Assembly: GCA_002269645.1 (NCBI GenBank)
Contig: NIVC01002925.1
Coordinates: forward strand, 65,821 to 129,820
Direction: 5' to 3'
DNA length: 64,000 nt
Origin: Macrostomum lignano
Lineage: Eukaryota
This document shows, piece after piece, positions 24,839 through 36,800 of the stretch. A program made the position numbers and the translations under genes. The notes beneath the pieces are model-generated. The model was not told where the DNA came from and searched no databases. It saw nothing but the letters and a program-made list of their open reading frames with translations. Every line of letters begins with the position of its first letter. The first letter of the stretch is position 1.

Positions 24839-26025
24839 TTGTTATCCAAGAGACACTCGGAGCCGTTTGATAGGACCTGCGCCCCAAGTTAGGCAGTGTA
24901 CATCTCTTGTCAGTAGGCGCACTGTACAAGCGCAATATATGTACTTATAGTTAGTTGCCTATAGTAAAAAAAACACATTGCAAATCAATATGAATCTCGC
25001 CAAACATGCTTTTTTGACGGACAGACAAGGCGACGAATGGTGAACGGGGTGGATCAGGAAAAATCAAACGCAAAATCAGCCCAGGCTGCACAGGAGCCGA
25101 ACAGACAGTCCCGGGCTGTGCAGTCAGTCACGCGATGATGATGAAGTAGCAAGAATCGATGTTTTATAACAGCCGCATCAGCGCCATTCAGTATGAGGGA
25201 ACACAGTACATGATTTACCTTGTCCGCTACGCTTCTCCATTCGATAACATTGCCTTGGCATTGATTTTTCGTTCGACGCTTTGCCTTGCTTCACACGGAC
25301 GATCTGCTCAGCGTGCTTGCTGGTGCTTGCGGTTGTCCAAATACAGAGCTATCAGTTTTCTCAGCGAACATCATACATACAGCTTCTGAAGGGAGTATAT
25401 GAGATGAAGGAGAGTCAATGGATTGCTAGAGAGGAGACTCGAGCGGACTCAAGAGACTAGCATCCGGATGGTTGTCTAAAATTTAACATTTCAAATGCTT
25501 AAAATATTGCTTTTTTAGTTTTTGCTCTTCTAAAACTTACGTTCTATGTCTTCTACTTCAAGTAGCAAAATTCGAATCTCTTCTTAAGAAAAATCTGAGT
25601 AACCTTTTGTCGTAAAGATAATGCATTTTTTGTAATTTTTTAAGACTTACGGGGGTCGTTTCACAAATCCAATTTTTCACAAAGTCGAAAGACACTGCCT
25701 TTCACAACCTCGAATTTACATAAGACCGAAATTTTACAACATTGAAAACCTTAAGCTTAGCCAGCCATTTCACAGCATTGCAAATACATAAACCCAAAAA
25801 TTTTACAAACCTGAAATTTAAACAAAGTCGAATAGCCTCCTTTCTCTTCAGCGTATTTCGACATTGTGAAATTTCGGGTTTATATGAAATGTTAGTGAGG
25901 CTGAGCAAAACTCAAGGCTGGACGCAGCAATAAGCGGTAGCATTAAATTAGTTAAGAAAATATGATTATTTTTTCCATTATTACAGAATTTAACACTTGA
26001 TGAGACACCAGTAGAAAAAAATTAT

Positions 26026-26096
26026 TGCATCGGCCGGGAATCGAACCCGGGCCGCCCGCGTGGCAGGCGAGCATTCTACCACTGAACCACCGATGC
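26026..26096 (-). tRNA. trnG-GCC: tRNA-Gly(GCC)
   Basis: Identical to 12584-12654; T-run downstream on the minus strand. Confidence 0.96.
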
Positions 26097-26699
26097 TTGT
26101 AGACTGAAGCGACTCGCGGAGCTGGTTAATTGGACCAGCCCTAAGTCAGACAGTGTACATCTCTACTTATCAAGTGTACATTCTGAGCGCCAATCAGCAA
26201 GCTGCACGCGCTGAACCTAATAAAAGGGTTAGATTTTAGTTTATTGGGCCTATTAAAAATAGTAAAGAAAATTAAAAGCATTATCTCACTGGAAAAGTAT
26301 GATGTACGAGTAGTCAACATGTCTGAGCCGTTGGTTTTAACGAAGAACTTACGCATGCTAAGCTCGATTAACGAAGCTTTTAGGCATCTTCAAAATGTTC
26401 CCAAGAAATGGAGTGTACCGCACTTCTGCTTTTCAATTATCTGTTAAAAAACATGTATGCCATGTACATTCTAACAAAAAATACACTAAAAACACATCGA
26501 AGAGAAGCATACTCTCTCTACAACCCTTACACAGCAGTTGCAGAGGATGAGGCCGCATCGGTGCTGCGACTGCCGCTGCAGCTTCGCATGGGCTGGCACT
26601 GCAGATGATCGCTCTGAAACAGCAGGTCAGTGAATCCTATTCCATGGCGGCGAGGTCATAAACTCTGCTAGCAGATGAGTTTTCGATGACTGGATGAGC

Positions 26700-27243
26700 C
26701 TGAGCTTCTGTCACCGTATTCCTTCTGTCACTGTAACTTCTGTCACTGTGTCACTTCTGTCACTGTGTCACTTCTGTTACTGTGTCACTTCTGTCACTGT
26801 GTCACTTCTGGTACTGTGTCACTTCTGTCACTGTGTCACTTCTGTCACTGTGTCACTTCTGTCACTGTGTCACTTCTGGTACTGTGTCACTTCTGTCACT
26901 GTGTCACTTCTGTCACTGTGTCACTTCTGTTACTGTGTCACTTCTGTTACTGTGTCACTTCTGTCACTGTGTCACTTCTGGTACTGTGTCACTTCTGTCA
27001 CTGTGTCACTTCTGTCACTGTGTCACTTCTGTTACTGTGTCACTTCTGTTACTGTGTCACTTCTGTCACTGTGTCACTTCTGGTACTGTGTCACTTCTGT
27101 CACTGTGTCACTTCTGTCACTGTGTCACTTCTGTCACTGTGTCACTTCTGTCACTGTGTCACTTCTGTCACTGTGTCACTTCTGTCACTGTGTCACTTCT
27201 GTCACTGTGTCACTTCTGTCACTGTGTCACTTCTGTCACTGTC
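26700..27243. repeat. 17-bp tandem repeat (TTCTGTCACTGTGTCAC)
   Basis: Direct inspection. Confidence 0.95.
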
Positions 27244-27802
27244 ATCTTCACCCTTTGCATCACCTTTTCGCCATCAATGTGCTGCAGTTCAAGGCCATGG
27301 AAAATTACCTTGTTTCAGTTGAAGCTCTGAACTACTAAGACAGCTTCCAGTGTGTCTGCCCAGAGACCGCCTTGATCGCACTGCGATTTCCATTGTTTCC
27401 TGAAATCCCCACCAGATCCCCCACCGCTCCAATCATTGGCCTCAGCCCCGGGCAGTCCAATCCCGCTCCCCAGAAGCGACGCTCGCTTCCTCACAAAATA
27501 TTGAATTCACCACGAGAGCCTCGAGGTTAACCGGTGATCGCTTTATCATCTTCTGCCCGCAAAAAGCAGCAATAACTTCCTGGCGGTAGATTGTAGTCAG
27601 TTGGGATCTGAGTCGCCCGTGATGAATGAGCCAGCAAATTCCCGCTGTACCGCCGAGCCAGTGGTATAAGCTGCTGTCCACCTGGCAGTGGATACCATCG
27701 CCCCTGCAAGTTTATTCCCCATCAAACTCGACTCCCAACTCTGGCCGGGCGCCAGAATCCTCAGTTTCCTCGCAAGAGTCGTTGGGCCGAGCTGGCAGCG
27801 GG

Positions 27803-30800
27803 ATGAGCGCCCCATGCTGCTGGCAGCGGCTGCTGATTCTGTGCTGCACCGGACTGCTGCTGAGCCAGGCAGTTCAGCAAGGTGAGTCGAGCTCGAATTG
27901 TTATTTCATTCTCTCCCGGTGCTGTGCAATGTGTTCGCATCTTTGAAACCGGATTGATCTCAGCCGGAGCAGAAGGTGGCGCCAGCGGCGACAACCGCGA
28001 CAGCGACGGAGATGCACCGGGCTTCTTGAGACTGTACTGCCAGCAAGACGAATTCACGTATGCTAGTGATGCAAGTAAGCTGTAGTAGCCTAATTAACAT
28101 ATGCTAGTGATTCTAGTAAGCTGTAGTAGCCTAATTAACATATGCTAGTGATTCAAGTAAGCTGTAGTAGCCTAATTAACATATGCTAGTGATTCTAGTA
28201 AGCTGTAGTAGCCTAATTAACATATTCTAGTGATGCAAGTAAGGCTGTAGTAGCCTAATTAACATATGCTAGTGATTCTAGTAAGCTGTAGTAGCCTAAT
28301 TAACATATGCTAGTGATTCTAGTAAGCTGTAGTAGCCTAATTAACATATGCTAGTGATTCAAGTAAGCTGTAGTAGCCTAATTAACATATGCTAGTGATT
28401 CTAGTAAGCTGTAGTAGCCTAATTAACATATTCTAGTGATGCAAGTAAGGCTGTAGTAGCCTAATTAACATATGCTAGTGATTCTAGTAAGCTGTAGTAG
28501 CCTAATTAACATATGCTAGTGATTCTAGTAAGCTGTAGTAGCCTAATTAAAATATGCTAGTGATGCAAGTAAGCTGTAGTAGCCTAATTAACATATTCTA
28601 GTGATGCAAGTAAGGCTGTAGTAGCCTAATTAACATATGCTAGTGATTCTAGTAAGCTGTAGTAGCCTAATTAACATATGCTAGTGATTCTAGTAAGCTG
28701 TAGTAGCCTAATTAACATATGCTAGTGATGCAAGTAAGGCTGTAGTAGCCTAATTAACATATGCTAGTGATGCAAGTAAGCTGTAGTAGCCTAATTAACA
28801 TATGCTAGTGATTCTAGTAAGCTGTAGTAGCCTAATTAACATATGCTAGTGATGCAAGTAAGCTGTAGTAGCCTAAATAACATATGCTAGTGATTCTAGT
28901 AAGCTGTAGTAGCCTAATTAACATATGCTAGTGATGCAAGTAGAACCGGGAGCTAATGTAAGTCCTCGCAGTGGACACGCAGTGAAAATGAAATCCATGC
29001 GATAGATTTCACCTTAAAATAGAGACTGTAAAAGGACAAACTGAAGGCTGAGGAATATAAGTCGCATTCCTCACTTGGCTGAAATCTTCCCAATTTGTCG
29101 GCCTTGGGGTGGCGGAGCGAGGGCGATAACGGAGTACTGCCTCACAGCTGACTGGGCAGCGAGATTGCCAGCTGATTTGAGCACAGCTTACCGAGAGTGC
29201 GAGTTATTTGGGGATGAGGGAGAGGGGTATGAGTAAACAACAAGTTCACTGCTCTGCCCTCATGTGTGTCAGTGGATAAACACATGAATGTATTGCTAAG
29301 CTAGCCAACACCACCGATGCAGGAATAGAATGGATTGCTAATCTAGCCAATATCACTGATGAAGGAATAGAACGGATTGCTAATCTAGCCAACATCACTG
29401 ATGAAGGAATAAAATGGATTGCTAATCTAGCCCAGCACCCAAAGAGACCAAGTTAATGCAGTGCACAGGATAATAATACCAACGGACAGCGTTTCCAGGA
29501 AGGCCTAATGATTCATTCCCCTTTCGCCACCAGCAGCCGGGTTTAACAGGACTTGGGCTGGCAGGGGGGCACAGTGTACGCACGCACTGATTCAGGCAGC
29601 AGTGCGTCACTCTTCACTCAAATGTTGACTGGGTGAAGAAAAGAAGCAAGATCTCCAGTTGCTAGCACTAGCAACCGTTGGTTGCGAGGTCAGGCTTCGG
29701 GTCAGGGGGGGGGGAACTGAGCGGGAAAACAGATCCGGCCGATTTCGAAATCCCGGCCCCATTAAAGTATGGAAACGGGGACCCGGCCGGAGCAGGCAGC
29801 TTTCACCGCTAATCCTTCCCACCAGCTGCCGGCCGCGGAAGTACCATCAGATGCGGTGGCGGCGCCGGAATTTCTTTTTTGAAGCAAATAAACGTACTCA
29901 TATGAGCTTGTGGTCTTAACTGACTCAGCTCAGCGGGTGAGCACATGCACGCCCTTGCACAGTGTTTCCTTTTGCTCAAGCCACCTCCACTTCCATTCCA
30001 TCCTCGTCCCTGCACGGGGGGGGGGGGCTAATTAGTGCCACGATAATTAGATTTGATTTGCGAGAGGGGGCGAGGGAGAGGGAGAGGCTGGGGGAGCGCA
30101 GAGCTGTCACCGCCGAAGCACTAGCAGAAGTCCGCACTTTTCCTGATCCCTTTCCTGCCGTGGTGCTCCCTGGCGCCTCATATTAAAACTATCAAGGGCT
30201 TTAGGGGCTGCTGCTACGTGCATCAACCAATTAGCCTTGCCAAACAAAAGCGTCATCGTCATGGATAAATGGGCGGTGGCTGCTGCACTGCAGGGGGCCG
30301 GGGGGCTACGTTAGGTTAGGGATTTAAGAGGCATGAATGATCGAGTCCCATCTGAATTTCTGTAACACTTCGTCAATAAATGGATGGCTACACATTACTA
30401 CAAGCCGACATGGTGTTAGGCTGGAATTGACATTGCTATGAGTTCCCGATGGGAATTCAAGGGTTGGGATCTAGGATGTAAGCGTGGTAGAAAAAGCCAT
30501 AAAAGTTGCTTATAGCTACGCTGGTACCCAGTAATTTTTTGAATAATATAATAGTCAAGCTGTCTATATAAATAGTATGGTAAAGTTAATAAAGACAAGA
30601 TTTGAATTGGCTTAAAGAGAAGTATCGATTTTTTGTCTATTGGCTTACTGCACACTGTACAGTCTTTTGGGCGTGAGGAATTTTCCTATCCTCGGTTAAG
30701 AACTGAATGTAAATGCACCGGTTTATCAATGTACATCGCTGAAGGTTGGCTTGACTGGGAGTGGAGCGTGGGGTAGAATTCTCGATGCTTTATCTGATCA

Positions 30801-33800
30801 GCCAGTACGGCTAGCCGAGCGTGGGTTCAGCCGGGGGTTTCTGACTTGTGGATTACACGGCTAGCCATCAGCCGCGAGCTGCTTTATCGATTTAATAATG
30901 AATGTACAGATAGCCTCTCCTACTATTTGCCGAGGGCATCATGTACATTAGTGTGGCTGCCCTGATTACGCGGCGTAAATGTACATTTGTTTATAATGAA
31001 TTTACTGGTGTGTCTCATACAATGTACTCTAAGACTTCAAATTTCGTTCTTTTGGCTTACTGCGTACTGTACTGTACTGTTTGCTGCTTTCTGCTCACTT
31101 AAAATAATTAATAAAAGTGGACCGCGGGATTTCTAATCTGAAGTTTAGCCATAAATTTCCTATTTTCTCGGTCTTCTCATCTCCTTACCTCATTTGCAAA
31201 TGCCGAATTTCTTTTATCTAGTCTAAGTGGTGAAGATGGCAGCCTCAATCCAAAGTCCAAACCAAACTGCGGTGGCAATTTATTAGGGGCATTGCGAGTC
31301 TTGCGACCTAGGCTCATTATATTAATTACTATATGGTCGACCTTTAGAATGAAGCTGAGCAGAATGCGAGATTCGCTCCCGTCCCCACAGCGGTTAGTAC
31401 GAGTATAATATTTAATTTTGTATTTAAGTTAACTTACTTCTTCAACTACGAACTTCCAACCAATGTGCTTCCACAACGGCCAACAAGATACTTTTCATTT
31501 TTTAAACTTAAAGCTGTAGCCTGCAGCCTGTTTCGATGCCAGAGTCAATTTCTTAATGCCTCGTATCACTTCAAATTCGCATTTTCATCCATCTATCCAT
31601 CATTGTCGCTGGTTGCAACTTGCAGTGCCTCGGGGGTGGGGGGTTGTTTAAGTCGCACTGGGCCTGGCTGGAATCCATCATCATCATGACATGATATGAG
31701 AAGAGGAGAGCACTTAGTAGAATTGATAGTTGGCTGGCCATCGCTTCGATTAGACAGGCAGCATTTGATACAATTTAGCTAATAGAAATTTGGAGAGCAA
31801 TTTTAGGCTAGGGCTACTATAGTGATGGAAGTTTAATATGATCAAATATTTGCTTTTAGGGGCAGAAAAATCTACAGTCCATTACAGCCACCATTTCCTG
31901 TTGTTTGTAGCAATGGCAACCTTGGCAATCACAGGAATCAGACACATTTCTGGGGGATGCAGATGGAGGGTAAGGTTGCTTGGGACGCTTAAGGTCACCA
32001 AAGTGGAGGTCATTGTTGGCTTGTTGATAGGGACGCCAAGGTGACACATTTGTTGCTAGGGGTTGCCAAAGTTGCTAGGAAAATGCTGCTAGGGACGTTA
32101 AATTTTCTAGAGTTATGTTGCTAAGGACGCAATGGGAGCGTACACATGATCTCTAAGAACGCTAAAAGCTTAATTTGTAATCATATCTATAAAGCAAAGC
32201 TTTCATTCATGTACATAATTTATTAAATACCGGTACGTAATACATAGGAAATTATAAACAATAAATCTCCAAATTCTCATCCCCACAGGCTGCCGCTGTC
32301 GGCAGTTTCAAAGCGCCCGCACCAAAAAGTCGGGCGTGTTCAAATCTCCGAGGCACCCGCAGCCCTACCCGCTGCAGCTGCCCTGCCTGCTGTACGTTTT
32401 TGTTGCCGACGTGGGCGAGATCGTGCACCTCAGCTTCCAGGAGTTCTCGCTCAAGCCTAAGCGGCCGGGGAACTCAAGGTGAGTCAGCGGATGGGGAATG
32501 GAGTAGAATATCTGGAGTAGAATATCTGGGGTAGAATATCTGGAGTAGAATATCTGGGGTAGAATATCTGGGGTAGAATATCTGGAGTAGAATATCTGGA
32601 GTAGAATATCTGGGGTAGAATATCTGGAGTAGAATATCTGGGGTAGAATATCTGGAGTAGAATATCTGGGGTAGAATATCTGGGGTAGAATATCTGGAGT
32701 AGAATATCTGGAGTAGAATATCTGGAGTAGAATATCTGGAGTAGAATATCTGGAGTAGAATATCTGGGGTAGAATATCTGGAGTAGAATATCTGGAGTAG
32801 AATATCTGGAGTAGAATATCTGGGGTAGAATATCTGGAGTAGAATATCTGGGGTAGAATATCTGGAGTAGAATATCTGGGGTAGAATATCTGGAGTAGAA
32901 TATCTGGAGTAGAATATCTGGGGTAGAATATCTGGAGTAGAATATCTGGAGTAGAATATCTGGGGTAGAATATCTGGAGTAGAATATCTGGAGTAGAATA
33001 TCTGGAGTAGAATATCTGGAGTAGAATATCTGGAGTAGAATATCTGGGGTAGAATATCTGGGGTAGAATATCTGGAGTAGAATATCTGGAGTAGAATATC
33101 TGGGGTAGAATATCTGGAGTAGAATATCTGGAGTAGAATATCTGGAGTAGAATATCTGGAGTAGAATATCTGGAGTAGAATATCTGGGGTAGAATATCTG
33201 GAGTAGAATATCTGGAGTAGAATATCTGGAGTAGAATATCTGGAGTAGAATATCTGGGGTAGAATATCTGGGGTAGAATATCTGGAGTAGAATATCTGGC
33301 TACACAACGAGCCCCAACAGAAACTGGGAACTCAGTTCGCACAGAGAATGCATAAAGGCAAGGTAGCCAGTTCCAAGACTTCAGGGCAGAGCCATACTAA
33401 GTGTATTTGTGCTCAAACCTAGTATTACTGCAGGCTGATCGCTCAGCCGAAAGCACCTGCCACCTCCCTGTGAGCAGTGGTGCAGTCCCTCGGGGCTGGT
33501 CAATGAGACCATGAGCTAGACTTTGGGTTAGCAAATATTTCTCTTATTGAATTTCAAGCAAACATCAAAACAATTGGGATTGTCATGCATGGGATTTCTG
33601 AGCTGGTCTCGATGCAAAGTTAGAATGAATGAAAAACATTGTGTTAATGCGCTCGCAATGTTCGAAAAGCGACACAGTAGGAAGTTTCAAGTTTTTAGAT
33701 CCCCTTGAACTGGGATCGGGACTATGCATTCGACTCTGAAACTCCTCCAGTCAACACCCCACCCTGTAATTAGCTTGGCCGCCCAGCTCGCTGTGATCAG

Positions 33801-36800
33801 CTCAGTGCAGCAAATCCCTAGCTGCCCTAGCAACCCGGGATCCGAGCTTTGAAGAGTTCAGTCCAACTTGCTTGCCGGACTGGCGGCACAGCTCTTAAAT
33901 TTGAAAAACTGCCCTGTCGTTTAAGTTCTTTGCTGGTTTCTTATCTGTTTTAGGTGTGGCTTAGGTGTGTTTTAGGTGTGGTTTAGGTGTGTTTTAGGTG
34001 TGTTTTAGGTGTGTTTTAGGTGTGGCTTAGGTGTGGTTTAGGTGTGTTTTAGGTGTGGTTTAGGTGTGTTTTAGGTGTGGTTTAGGTGTGTTTTAGGTGT
34101 GGCTTAGGTGTGTTTTAGGTGTGTTTTAGGTGTGGCTTAGGTGTGGTTTAGGTGTGTTTTAGGTGTGGCTTAGGTGTGGTTTAGGTGTGTTTTAGGTGTG
34201 GTTTAGGTGTGTTTTAGGTGTGGCCTAGGTGTGTTTTAGGTGTGTTTTAGGTGTGTTTTAGGTGTGGCTTAGGTGTGTTTTAGGTGTGGTTTAGGTGTGT
34301 TTTAGGTGTTTTTTAGGTGTGGTTTAGGTGTGTTTTAATAATGTTTTATTTAGTAATGTTTCAGGTGTGTTTTAGGTTTTAGGTGAGTTATGGTGACTTA
34401 GGGTTCTGAGTTGGTGACTCACAGTATGAACTCAGAAATCCAGGAACGAACATTCCCCAATTTTCGTGCTCAAACCGGCCGCAGGTGCGAGGACTTCGTC
34501 CGCCTCTTCCTCGACAGCCCTCGAGCCGAGCTCAGCCCCTCGGACCGGCCAAACTCCGAGCTCTGCGGCCATCGGCTGCCGCAGCGGAACTTCTACTCGT
34601 CCACCAGGATTCTCATGCTGGAGCTGCACACCGAATACCAGCCCGTGCGGCGCTACTCAGGGTTCAGGGGATCCTTCCATTTCATCCCGGTTGGTGAGTC
34701 CCCTTCACTGCTCACACAGCCTCCCTGCTCACACAGCCTCCCTGCTCACACAGCCTCCCTGCTCACACAGCCTCCCTGCTCACACAGCCTCCCTGCTCAC
34801 ACAGCCTCCCTGCTCACACAGCCTCCCTGCTCACACAGCCTCCCTGCTCACACAGCCTCCCTGCTCACACAGCCTCCCTGCTCACACAGCCTCCCTGCTC
34901 ACACAGCCTCCTTGCTCACACAGCCTCCCTGTTCACATAGCCTCCCTGCTCACACAGCCTCCTTGCTCACACAGCCTCCCTGCTCACACAGCCTCCCTGC
35001 TCACACAGCCTCCCTGCTCACACAGCCTCCCTGCTCATACAGCCTGAAAGACCGGCCTTCTGCTTAAATGTTTTGCAGTTTCTCTCCCCTATCTTGCCAC
35101 AATTCGAATATACCGAGCAGCCCTGTCTCCGGGTCCTCACCGAATCTCCTAAAGCCATTTCCCGAATTTCAAGCGAGTAGTTTCTGAGACAAAAAATCAA
35201 TGCTAATTAAAGGCCGTATGCAAAGTTGTCTGCAGCATGAAAAAGGCTTGGCAGTGAGATGCCCGGGGAGCATGCAGCCTCTTCATTAAAATATCCGGCA
35301 TACCAGGAATTGAGTTCCGCGTCACTGCGGACTGCTCAATATTGCATCTGAGATTGACAGCCAAGCAGCACTGACACACACTGTGTCCTCTCCCTCACCC
35401 GGCAGAGCAGCACTGACACACACTGTGTCCTCTCCCTCACCCGGCAGAGCAGCACTGACACACACTGTCCTCTCCCTCACCCGGCAGAGCAGCACTGACA
35501 CACACTGTGTCCTCTCCCTCACCCGGCAGAGCAGCACTGACACACGCTGTGTCCTCTCCCTCACCCGGCAGAGCAGCACTGACACACACTGTGTCCTCTC
35601 CCTCACCCGGCAGAGCAGCACTGACACACACTGTGTCCTCTCCCTCACCCGGCAGAGCAGCACTGACACACACACACACACTGTGTCCTCTCCCTCACCC
35701 GGCAGATCAGTACAAGTCGGACGGTCAGCCGGTGCCCAACTCAGACTGCGACCAGCAGTTCCTGAGCAGCCAGCAGACGAAGTCTGGCCGGTTCTTCTCG
35801 CCCAGGCACCCGCAGAACTACCCGCCGGGCATCGCATGTACTTTCGTGTTCCGCGCGCTGCCAGGCGAGCGAATCCGTCTGGACCTTCAAGGCCTGAGCC
35901 TGGGCAGCGACACGGACGCCGACAACGGCACCGGCTGCCGACTCGCCGACCCTCCCAGCCAGGACCGAGTGCTCATCTTCGACTCCGACAAGGAAGACGC
36001 CAACCTGCTTGCCAGCTTCTCCACCCGCTGCGCCCCCGCCTCCCGGCAGCAGGTGGTGAGCCCGGCCGGCCTGCTCAAGCTCCGCTTTCGGGCCAACTCA
36101 GATGAGCACACCGGTTCTGGCTTTGCTGGTCGGTTCGCCTTTGTTGCCAGGCACATGCTGCAGCCCACCCAGCCTATGGACAGGCTGGCTGCGGGAGCGG
36201 CGCTTGGAGAAGGTCAGAATTGAGGGAGTCATTGGTTGGGGATTTGGGGAAAGCCTGCCTAAGATGTCTTTTGAAGTTCCTGAGGATTCGGGAAGCGGGG
36301 CCTTCTGAAGTTCTTGAGAATTCGAGAAGGGGGACCTTGTGGAGTCCCTGAGGATTCGGGAAGCGGGGCCTTCTGAAGTTCTTGAGAATTCGAGAAGCAG
36401 GGCCTTCTGAAGTTCCTGAGGATTCGAGAAGCAGGGCCTTCTGAAGTTCCTGAGGATTCTAGAAGCGGGAACTTCTGAAGGACTTCGGGATTCGAGAAAC
36501 AGGACCTTCTGAAGGACCTCAGGATTTGAGAAACGGGACCTTCTGAAGTTCGTGAGAATTCGAGAAGCGGGACCTTCTGAAGGACCTGAGGATTCGAGAA
36601 GGGGGACTTACTTGACTTAGCTGCAGGGTGGTCCGTAGACACAGCGGGGAGGCGAGGGTCGCCCATTCCGCTAGCCCCTGAAGGCCCGCAGACAGGCAGA
36701 GGCGTGGGGCCGGTCAGGGTGGTCCGCCGGTCCGTCCTGCAGCGTGATCTTCCGTTGGGAAGAAATTGGCTCGTCTAGTCGCCCGAAGGAACTGGATGAG

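Noticed and set aside
26520-27340. Short exon-like frames around the 17-bp array (e.g. FKAMENYLVSVEALNY*)
   Set aside because: Could not be joined in phase into a stop-free model and no homology was recognised.
33948-34335. Interstitial telomere (TTAGG-containing)
   Set aside because: The unit is 11 bp (TTAGGTGTGTT), not (TTAGGG)n or (TTAGG)n.
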